A stretch of 64,000 nt of DNA from IMG/VR virus record IMGVR_UViG_3300006098_000001. One strand, written 5' to 3'. This document shows, piece by piece, positions 6,950 to 13,693 of the stretch. Origin of the DNA: a virus. Every line of letters begins with the position of its first letter. Positions within the stretch are counted from its first letter, which is position 1. The position numbers and the translations under genes were made by a program. The notes under the pieces are model-generated. The model had not been told where the DNA came from. It saw only the letters and a program-made list of their open reading frames with translations, and did no database searches.

Positions 6950-7590
6950 TGTGGTTATATGATAACGCTTACATAGTGATGTATAGCAGTGTATAGGTAT
7001 TACAGTGATATGTATATAGTAGCGTGCATAGTGTTGTTATGATAGTGATATATAGTAGTGTTATTTGTGTCTGTGTATAGATGTATATAGGTTAGTGAGT
7101 GAGTAGTGTTACATAGTGATATGCATAGTGAAGTAATATGATAGTGTAGTGATGTATATAATGTATTGAGTTAGTAACTGATTTACGTTTGTAGATATTA
7201 GATTGTCAAGGCTGAGAGTGAGTGCGGTGTATGGGGTGTAGTGTGATTAGTATGTTTGATATATGATAATGTTTTCATATGTTATTGTAATGATATAGTA
7301 AGTGAGTAGTATATTGATATGTATGTATTGAGTGAGTAAGTAGGCGGATTGCGTGAGTGTGTTTGGTTAGTTAGTTATTATATTAGGGGTGTGTATTAAG
7401 TTACGTTTGTAAATTTTAAATTGTCAAGAGTGAATTTTTATGGTCTGGGTTTATTATTGTGTTGGTTGTGATATGTATTAGTTAGATTTTATTTATTAGG
7501 GGTGTGGGTGAATTATTGGGCGGTGTTAGGTTAGGTAAACGGTTATTATATTAATTTATTGGGTGTTTGGTGTGGTGTGTGAGTATGTGT
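6950..7590. repeat. C-depleted (G/T/A-only) arm of a mirror-composition region with degenerate TAGTGAT/GTATAT-type repeats
   Basis: By hand count, about 23 C in the 600 nt of 6961-7560. No ORF. Two copies of TTACGTTTGTA-N-ATTGTCAAG (7184-7210, 7401-7429). Confidence 0.7.
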
Positions 7591-7617
7591 GAACATTTGT
7601 TCATAGCAGATTATAAT
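7589..7617 (+). promoter_or_regulatory. candidate LexA-controlled promoter
   Basis: GTGAAC-17 nt-TATAAT, with the Cheo box 7590-7603 covering the -35 and spacer. Confidence 0.4.
7590..7603. promoter_or_regulatory. LexA (Cheo/SOS) box tGAACATTTGTTCa
   Basis: Perfect GAAC-N4-GTTC core of the Firmicutes LexA operator. Confidence 0.55.
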
Positions 7618-7623
7618 ATATGA

Positions 7624-7749
7624 AATTTTGTTCATATGAATTAGTGAAAAGTACCCTACCCAGCCCACCAAAATAAATATATTAAGTTTACAACTGTAGC
7701 CCCTTATAAATAAAATTACCCCTTATCAAAAGATAGGGGCTTTCTTTTT
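7624..7749 (+). ncRNA. candidate short SOS-controlled transcript (about 125 nt)
   Basis: Runs from the promoter at 7589-7617 to the terminator at 7719-7749. It contains only an 18-codon ORF with no RBS. Confidence 0.3.
7719..7749 (+). terminator. rho-independent terminator
   Basis: CCCCTTATC-AAAA-GATAGGGG followed by CTTTCTTTTT. Confidence 0.65.
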
Positions 7750-8051
7750 CGATATTAAAATATTCTTGTAACCGTTTACACATAACAACAACTATTATTG
7801 TGTCTTAAATTTGCAAATAGGCGGGGGTTATTTTACTCAAAACGCCTTAATTTTTAGGGAAAATTTTAGGGTAGTTGCTTCACTCACACACCACAAAATT
7901 TTTTCCATTCACCCCATTTCTCGCACCCTATCACCCCTCAAATATCCCAATAAATTAATACCAAATTTAACCTTTTCAAAACTATGAAAATATCTTTCAT
8001 AATCTTTCAACACAATATCCCTACCCATTCCTCTCACCCTTTCCCATTCAA

Positions 8052-8087
8052 CTATAAATAAAGAGCCTAGGAATTACCCTAGACTCT
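8052..8087 (-). terminator. terminator of gene 8086..8412
   Basis: AGAGCCTAGG/CCTAGACTCT stem (one mismatch) followed on the minus strand by TTTATTTAT. Confidence 0.45.
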
Positions 8088-8412
8088 AATTCATCTCATT
8101 ATTAATATACTCTTCTAACCCAACTCTGGTCTCGTCATCTAAATTGGCAACATACTCCCTATATTTACTCAAATAGCCCTCATTAATACTACTAATTACA
8201 TATAATATATACCCTTCGTATAGACCATCTGGACACTTTAATAATCGCTGCATCAGTCTCATTAAATAGTAATACTGTTCATCATAACCATCATTCATAT
8301 ATTTATTCTCAAATATATAATATGCAGTCCAAATAATATTATCGTCCCTATTTTCTAAACTGGATATACCCCATAGTTCCTTAATTATAGTATCTAGTTT
8401 AATAATCTCCAC
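8086..8412 (-). CDS. orphan 108-aa protein under a LexA-box promoter
   Basis: Track ORF with GTG start and GGGGA RBS. It is the only sizeable ORF in 6.9-9.6 kb, and its coding strand shares the C-poor composition of the arm. Confidence 0.55.
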   Translation of the reverse strand: MEIIKLDTIIKELWGISSLENRDDNIIWTAYYIFENKYMNDGYDEQYYYLMRLMQRLLKCPDGLYEGYILYVISSINEGYLSKYREYVANLDDETRVGLEEYINNEMN

Positions 8413-8450
8413 TGTCGTTTCCCCATTCTTATATTAAACGTATGTTCCCT

Positions 8451-8459
8451 TGTTATAAT
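8451..8459 (+). promoter_or_regulatory. extended -10 element TGtTATAAT facing rightwards
   Basis: Read directly; the LexA box starts 4 nt downstream. No clear -35. Confidence 0.35.
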
Positions 8460-8483
8460 ACACGAACGAATGTTCTTTATCAA
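8455..8483 (-). promoter_or_regulatory. promoter of 8086..8412 with a LexA box in its spacer
   Basis: Minus strand TTGATA-17 nt-TATTAT. The 17-nt spacer is AAGAACATTCGTTCGTG, which is the Cheo box. Confidence 0.55.
8463..8476. promoter_or_regulatory. LexA (Cheo/SOS) box CGAACGAATGTTCT
   Basis: Matches 13 of 14 positions of CGAACRNRYGTTYC, with a perfect GAAC-N4-GTTC core. Confidence 0.6.
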
Positions 8484-9561
8484 GTATTATCAGTAAATAG
8501 ATACATATATCGCTTTATAGTACATTTTTATATTTATGTTCTTAATGCCATATACCTAATTATTCTGATTTATGAAAATATTGCGCACCCAAAATAGCCA
8601 TTTTTTGAAACAAAGAAAATTGCCTCTCGCTTTCATAACAATTATTTTCATAAAATTACTCAAAACTACCCTATTTTGCACCCAATAAAATCTTCGAAAC
8701 TCCCTATGAGGAATTCCTCAATTCACAAACTTTCGACTTCTACACAAACAACATTACTGAATTTAATTATACTTTGTGAATTTTTCTTCACTAATTCAAG
8801 AATTCAATTCTAAATAACTAAAATATGAACAAAAATTGTTATGAAAACATCGTTTTATGCATACCTAACTTATTTACGAAATAATCTGTCTTATTGTACA
8901 AAACTAAAAATTCATCATTCTTAATATTTCGCACCCTACTACTCATGTAACTAACCCTATCGAAACTCCCTATTTTTCATTTTGATATTTTTACTCAAAT
9001 CACTGAATTTTTAACCAAAAAAAATGAACTAATACCAAATCCTATTTAATAGGATCTAGTAGTACTTTTTTATAATTATTATTCACTTGAGACATTTATT
9101 AGTACATCTTCGATAATACAAGGGGTTTCAAACATCTAATTCCAGAAAATTTCACAAACTTAAAAAGGGTGCGGGGTATTTTTACTCTAATAACCTATAA
9201 TTATATGTTTCGTATTGGTTCATTATTTCCACTCAGACTATTTTTCATAATTCCGCCGCCATCTATCCATTGTAATAGGAAGAAAACCTCTATTTTCTAT
9301 CACTGCTTTTATTGTCGCTTGTGAAGTCATCAAAAAATGCTGTTTCATTTTTATGTAACTATTCTCGCCTTCTTTTTCTCTTTAAACACAGCCAAACACC
9401 AACGTAGAATGGAGTTAACGGGTCATAAATCAAAATTACATTAATTTATCTAAATCAGCTCTTAGCCCCATTATTCATTGTTCGTTTTGATTATTTATGA
9501 GCAATAATTATGTAGGTCAATTATTAAAACAGCTATTCCACAAGTTCCTTTAAATAAAAAA

Positions 9562-9590
9562 CAGCGACAGTAAATACCACCGCTGAAATA
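9562..9590 (-). terminator. weak terminator downstream of the toxin-like micro-ORF
   Basis: CAGCG/CGCTG stem followed on the minus strand by TTTTTTATTT. Confidence 0.35.
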
Positions 9591-9598
9591 ATTACGGA

Positions 9599-9688
9599 TT
9601 ACTTACATAACCACTTACTAATCTTTTTAATTAAATGTTTAACGTGCTTATTAGGCACAATCAATATTATTAGACACCAATGCGTCAT
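9599..9688 (-). CDS. 29-aa Fst/Ldr-like type I toxin candidate MTHWCLIILIVPNKHVKHLIKKISKWLCK
   Basis: Hand translation. The AGGAGG RBS is locked in a perfect hairpin AAAGGAG-TTGC-CTCCTTT. Hydrophobic N-half and basic C-half. It lies next to the partition genes. Confidence 0.45.
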   Translation of the reverse strand: MTHWCLIILIVPNKHVKHLIKKISKWLCK

Positions 9689-9750
9689 AAAGGAGTTGCC
9701 TCCTTTCTGCACTAGTCGGGTTTCCTAAGCCCGCTCAAATGTGCCTAATT

Positions 9751-9759
9751 ATTGTATCA
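9751..9759 (-). promoter_or_regulatory. extended -10 (TGaTACAAT) for the toxin-like mRNA
   Basis: Read on the minus strand about 60 nt upstream of the ATG. Confidence 0.4.
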
Positions 9760-9770
9760 TATTTATTTTA

Positions 9771-9779
9771 TGCTATAAT
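9771..9779 (+). promoter_or_regulatory. extended -10 (TGcTATAAT) for a divergent sRNA
   Basis: Read directly; back to back with the toxin promoter. Confidence 0.45.
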
Positions 9780-9785
9780 ATAGTT

Positions 9786-9873
9786 ATCAATATTATTAGG
9801 CCGTGTGATGTGGGTGCTTCCTAGCTCACGCATTGGTTTAACGTGGGGCGCCCTGATAGGCGCTCTTTTTTTT
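9786..9873 (+). ncRNA. candidate antitoxin sRNA (about 88 nt)
   Basis: Bounded by the promoter at 9771-9779 and a terminator (GGGCGCC/GGCGCTC stem plus T8, 9846-9873). Its 5' ATCAATATTATTAG (9786-9799) repeats 9660-9673, so it is complementary to codons 6-10 of the toxin mRNA. Confidence 0.4.
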
Positions 9874-9882
9874 ATTTAAAAT

Positions 9883-9922
9883 AAAAGCCACAGTAACTAG
9901 TTTATCTGTTACTGTGGCTTTT
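9883..9922. terminator. bidirectional terminator at the end of the parM-parR operon
   Basis: Perfect 15-bp stem AAAAGCCACAGTAAC/GTTACTGTGGCTTTT with A and T runs on both sides. Confidence 0.7.
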
Positions 9923-9983
9923 CACATTTTATATTACTTTATATGTTTAATTCCGATTAAATCATATATAATCAGATTAAGTA

Positions 9984-10373
9984 TTACGATAACATGTCTA
10001 AATTAGGCCTGTTTTTCAATTTAGAACTCAAAGAACTGTCATCAGTTTTAGAGTCATTATCGTTTTTCTTATTTCCAATTCTTGTCCTTAATTTGCGCTT
10101 GGGCTTTTCTTCAACATCGACATCATCATTCTCTTCTACCGACGTCTTTTCTTCTAGTTTTGAAACTGAGTTAATAGTACCTAACTGTCCATCTAAGCTT
10201 GCACTATCTAAAATAGCTTGGATAAGATCACCAGTTCCATATTTCCTAACTACCATTTCTAATGCCCTAATAGCAGCCGGAGAAAATTGTGACTGGTTTT
10301 TAGACCATTCTGCAACTTTTGAATCCTCGGGAATAAGGATAGTTTTTCTAATCATTTTCGCCATAAAAATCAC
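9984..10373 (-). CDS. ParR-like centromere-binding adaptor (N-terminal RHH-like segment, charged tail)
   Basis: Track ORF immediately downstream of the actin-like ATPase gene. Size and the KTILIPEDSKVAEW beta-strand-like N-terminus fit ParR. The call rests mainly on position. Confidence 0.5.
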   Translation of the reverse strand: MIFMAKMIRKTILIPEDSKVAEWSKNQSQFSPAAIRALEMVVRKYGTGDLIQAILDSASLDGQLGTINSVSKLEEKTSVEENDDVDVEEKPKRKLRTRIGNKKNDNDSKTDDSSLSSKLKNRPNLDMLS

Positions 10374-10378
10374 ACTCT

Positions 10379-11590
10379 CTATAAGGCTTCAACAATTACT
10401 TGTAATCCTAATTCATTTAAATATTGTGCATATTCCTTATCAATCCAAATTACTGGAACATCATATCCACCACTGAAGCTCTTAAGTTTTTCGTTCAATA
10501 CTTCGCGAAGATTACTCTCATCTAGCATTGGAATGGAACCACCACCATATACGTAAACAAGTTCAGTATCCTTAGCGATACGCATTGTTTGACTAACTGT
10601 ATCGATAATCTTGTCAGCTAATGGTTCTAATTGGTCGTAAACAACTTGACGTACTTTATCTTGGCGAGCTCGACGCAATGGACTGACCTTTTCAGATAAG
10701 AAACTCTGTAATTGTGAACGTTCCTCAAAATTCATTTGTTGATCTTGAAGAACACGCACTGCATCTTGTAATACATTTCCGTATCCTTGTGGTAACGAAG
10801 CTGATGCTGCTGGATTAGCTTTACCGTTAATAATTGCTACTACATCAGTAGTCCCTTCTCCGATATCAATTCCAAGTACATTTCGTGAATTAATAAGGTC
10901 GTCAGCTCCAACTTCATCCTTCATTTCTGAATAGTTCTTATCAAAGTCTTCCTTAATTTTATCTGTTAATCCATCATAATCGGAGGAAATAAGCATTTGG
11001 GCTGTTTCACCTTCTAATGCAACATATACTTTATTAAATTCAATGGTTACATTAATTGGATCCTTAAAGTTATGGAAAGTTACTGTATGCGTACTACCCA
11101 TGTAACGTTCTTTGTAACGATCTTTTGCATTATTAACCTTACCTTCTGAAATAGGTAACGCAGTCGCCATATTAACTTTTACCTTTAGAGTCTCCTTTAA
11201 GTCTTGTCCAGCTTCATATGCTTCTTTTACTTTCTTCCCAGCTATCAAACTTAAAGTAAGAATAATTGCTAAATCTGTTTCTGATTTACCAGTAAAGTCA
11301 TTAACATCAAAAGCCCTCATAGATAGACCACTGTCGATCGCAGCATTACCAATTAAAAATCTTCCAGAGGTTTTTACTGCATTACTTGACACACTAACGT
11401 CCATGTTATTAAGAAAGTTCTTCATATATGTATCTTGATCTTGTTTAGAATCAAATTCCATAGGAGCTTGTACATCTTGTGGACGTTCTGCTGCTATAAC
11501 TGACGGAAACTTAATATTTTCACCATCAACATTTGCTTTTACAGAACCATATCCCAAATCATTTGCAACCTTCATAATCTTCTCAACCAT
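10379..11590 (-). CDS. parM: actin-like segregation ATPase (ParM/Alp family)
   Basis: N-terminal NDLGYGSVKA phosphate-1 motif, GIDIGEGTTDV phosphate-2 motif and YVYGGGS adenosine motif. About 400 aa. Confidence 0.7.
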   Translation of the reverse strand: MVEKIMKVANDLGYGSVKANVDGENIKFPSVIAAERPQDVQAPMEFDSKQDQDTYMKNFLNNMDVSVSSNAVKTSGRFLIGNAAIDSGLSMRAFDVNDFTGKSETDLAIILTLSLIAGKKVKEAYEAGQDLKETLKVKVNMATALPISEGKVNNAKDRYKERYMGSTHTVTFHNFKDPINVTIEFNKVYVALEGETAQMLISSDYDGLTDKIKEDFDKNYSEMKDEVGADDLINSRNVLGIDIGEGTTDVVAIINGKANPAASASLPQGYGNVLQDAVRVLQDQQMNFEERSQLQSFLSEKVSPLRRARQDKVRQVVYDQLEPLADKIIDTVSQTMRIAKDTELVYVYGGGSIPMLDESNLREVLNEKLKSFSGGYDVPVIWIDKEYAQYLNELGLQVIVEAL

Positions 11591-11756
11591 TATTTCTACC
11601 TCCGATTTATAACATAATCATATTATATCATACTTAATACAAATTTAAGTGTAACTAAATAAGATATTTTATTTTTTTATATGATATAATCTTCTTTTTG
11701 ATTACCACAATGTTAATAATACTATGTATTTAACATAATGTAAATAACATTTAACA

Positions 11757-11767
11757 CTTTTAGAAAG
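11757..11767. repeat. parS-like site (reverse complement of GTGTTAAATGT)
   Basis: The inverted copy of AAAGTGTTAAATGT, also found at 13060-13073, lies downstream of the parA operon and upstream of parM. Confidence 0.35.
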
Positions 11768-11811
11768 TTTTATGAAGGCAAATAAAAAACGCTTTGGTAG
11801 CGTTTCATAGT

Positions 11812-12141
11812 TTACTTAAGGCTTTTAGACATGTAGTCCTTTTGCTCTAATATATTATACATTCTATCAAATCGAGTTTTTTCACTCTCGTTTAATTCAG
11901 CAATTTCACTCTCAATCATATGTTCGACAACTGCCTTTGCATTTTTTGCAACACCAAGATTAATTAAGGCAGAAACCTTATTACGAATATGATTGTCAAC
12001 ACGTATATTAACTGGAAAGGACACTTCTTTATTGTCTGTTAAGATGTCTTCTTTTTTTGTTATCTCCTTGAATGATGGCTTTGCATCTACCTCACTATTT
12101 TTCAAGGAATTCTTTGATTTAGCTGGCTTTGATATTGCCAT
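11812..12141 (-). CDS. small RHH (ParG/CopG-like) centromere-binding partner of ParA
   Basis: Track ORF overlapping the parA stop by 1 nt (TAATG). The segment FPVNIRVDNHIRNKVSALINLG looks like a ribbon-helix-helix. Confidence 0.55.
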   Translation of the reverse strand: MAISKPAKSKNSLKNSEVDAKPSFKEITKKEDILTDNKEVSFPVNIRVDNHIRNKVSALINLGVAKNAKAVVEHMIESEIAELNESEKTRFDRMYNILEQKDYMSKSLK

Positions 12142-12953
12142 TATTCATGTGCCTCCTTAATACGCCCTAAAAGTTCAACTGCAACTTCTTTATAAACATT
12201 GAGAGTTTTTTTGTCCCATGCATCTCTATCTTCTGTAATACCTGTGACGTCATAATTTTTAGCTCTTTCCATAATCCTAATATGACTATTAAAAACGTCA
12301 GCTCCCCATTCTTCTCTTGATTTTTCCAAAATCAATTGATCGACTTTAGCATTGTCTTTAGATAAAACAGGAACAACTGCTAATACTTCTGTGTCAGCAA
12401 TATACTCATCAATTATGTCGTCTTGAATATATTCAATAAAGTCTTTTGCATCGTCAAAAGCTCTTTGTTGAGTTTGAAGAACAATTACTAATTCGTCACA
12501 AGCATACAAAGCTGTATCATTTTGTAAACTCAACGTAGGACTAACATCTATAAAAATGTAATCATACTTGTCCTTTATATCACTTAGCTTATTTTTAAAG
12601 GATGCGACACGCTCCTTTTCATTAAGATAAGCATGTTCAAGATATCTAGGATATAGATAAAAATCACTAGCAGTTGGGACAAGATAAAGATTATCCATTA
12701 CCTGAACTGTAACATTATCCAAACTTTCATTATCTTTAATAGCGCTCATTAGCGTCTTGTTAAATGATAAAATCTCATCAGACTTTTGACTCTTTGTCTT
12801 TACCATCAATGTTGTCAAATCTGCCTGTGGATCAAAATCAATTAATAATACCTTATTCCCCATTTTTGCCAAACTATACGCTACCAATGCAGTGGTCGTT
12901 GTCTTACCAACACCACCCTTTTGATTACACATTGAAATTACTTTTGCACTCAT
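12141..12953 (-). CDS. parA: ParA/Soj-type partition ATPase (type Ib size)
   Basis: Deviant Walker A NQKGGVGKTTT and DFDPQ motif; 270 aa. Confidence 0.8.
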   Translation of the reverse strand: MSAKVISMCNQKGGVGKTTTTALVAYSLAKMGNKVLLIDFDPQADLTTLMVKTKSQKSDEILSFNKTLMSAIKDNESLDNVTVQVMDNLYLVPTASDFYLYPRYLEHAYLNEKERVASFKNKLSDIKDKYDYIFIDVSPTLSLQNDTALYACDELVIVLQTQQRAFDDAKDFIEYIQDDIIDEYIADTEVLAVVPVLSKDNAKVDQLILEKSREEWGADVFNSHIRIMERAKNYDVTGITEDRDAWDKKTLNVYKEVAVELLGRIKEAHE

Positions 12954-13007
12954 TTCAATTCCACCTCACCTATTTATTAAGTACTATAATATCAAACCTT
13001 TCGGATT

Positions 13008-13074
13008 GTGTTAAGTGTAATATGTAATGTATATTATATGAATCGCATAAAACTACACAAAAGTGTTAAATGTG
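13008..13074. repeat. parS-like direct repeats GTGTTAARTGT upstream of parA
   Basis: GTGTTAAGTGT at 13008 and GTGTTAAATGT at 13063, plus a related AATGTGAAAT at 13090. Confidence 0.4.
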
Positions 13075-13129
13075 ATTTATATAATGCATAATGTGAAATA
13101 TATTATTAATTATAAATTATGTATAAAAC

Positions 13130-13176
13130 ATATCCCATTATATATAATGTTTTTAATACTATACATAATGGGATAT
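13130..13176. repeat. 12-bp perfect inverted repeat ATATCCCATTAT / ATAATGGGATAT (23-bp spacer)
   Basis: Read directly in the divergent parA-repA intergenic region; candidate operator. Confidence 0.5.
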
Positions 13177-13260
13177 ACACGACTTATTAATATCTATTGA
13201 CTTTTTAGGTTTTTGATGGGATTATCTACTTGTAACAACAAACTATCCAAATGTGTTACA

Positions 13261-13395
13261 GGTGAGAGTTATTTATATGATTGGCTCACACAAAACAATT
13301 TTATATCTGCCCGAAAATAAGTCACTATCAAAGTATATGTTCGTGAGATAGTGTTATTTAAGCGTGATTTAATATGGTTCACGCAAAATATATTG
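13261..13395. repeat. two ~45-50-bp direct repeat units upstream of repA
   Basis: GTGAGAGTTATTTA..GGCTCACACAAAACA and GTGAGATAGTGTTATTTA..GGTTCACGCAAAATA. Confidence 0.4.
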
Positions 13396-13693
13396 AACAT
13401 TATTGTTATATTGCTATTTAAATTCGGGTATGGTATCTTATATTACATACCACAATAAGTGGTATTTTAGGCGAACCAAGTTTGAGAAGGATTAGGCACC
13501 CTTTGATAACTATTACAACTGAATAAAGAGTATAAAAAAAGACCCAACCATTAGGCATTTGGTTAGATCGACAAAAAAAACTTTTATTCATATATTGTAT
13601 GTATTTATAATACCATACTTTGTCGATTAATCAATAGGTTGAGCTTGTTTTCTTATACTCATTTTCAAATAAATGAATTAAGGAGAAACTACA

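Larger units (their letters stand above)
7870..9230. repeat. G-depleted arm of the mirror-composition region, with dispersed repeats
   Basis: About 12 G in the 240 nt of 7861-8100. Repeats: TTACTCAAA four times (about 7834, 8657, 8992, plus TTACTCTAA at 9185); GCACCC four times (7923, 8586, 8678, 8930); TCGAAACTCCCTAT twice (8694, 8960). Confidence 0.65.

Noticed and set aside
6950-9230. Inverted terminal repeats or a hairpin-telomere site of a linear plasmid-prophage joined by assembly
   Set aside because: The arms share composition and a few 14-mers but are far too diverged for functional ITRs. No protelomerase or protein-primed polymerase is visible in the window. This is left open as unexplained rather than called a telomere.
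9240-9400. 36-codon minus-strand ORF (MKQHFLMTSQATIKAVIENRGFLPITMDRWRRNYEK) resembling a fragment of an excisionase/AlpA-type HTH
   Set aside because: It has no convincing RBS or promoter and is too short to judge. It may be a gene remnant and is not reported as a feature.
9994-10476. 160-aa plus-strand ORF
   Set aside because: It lies entirely antisense to the parR-like gene and the end of parM. It is low-complexity, has no RBS and conflicts with a well-supported operon.
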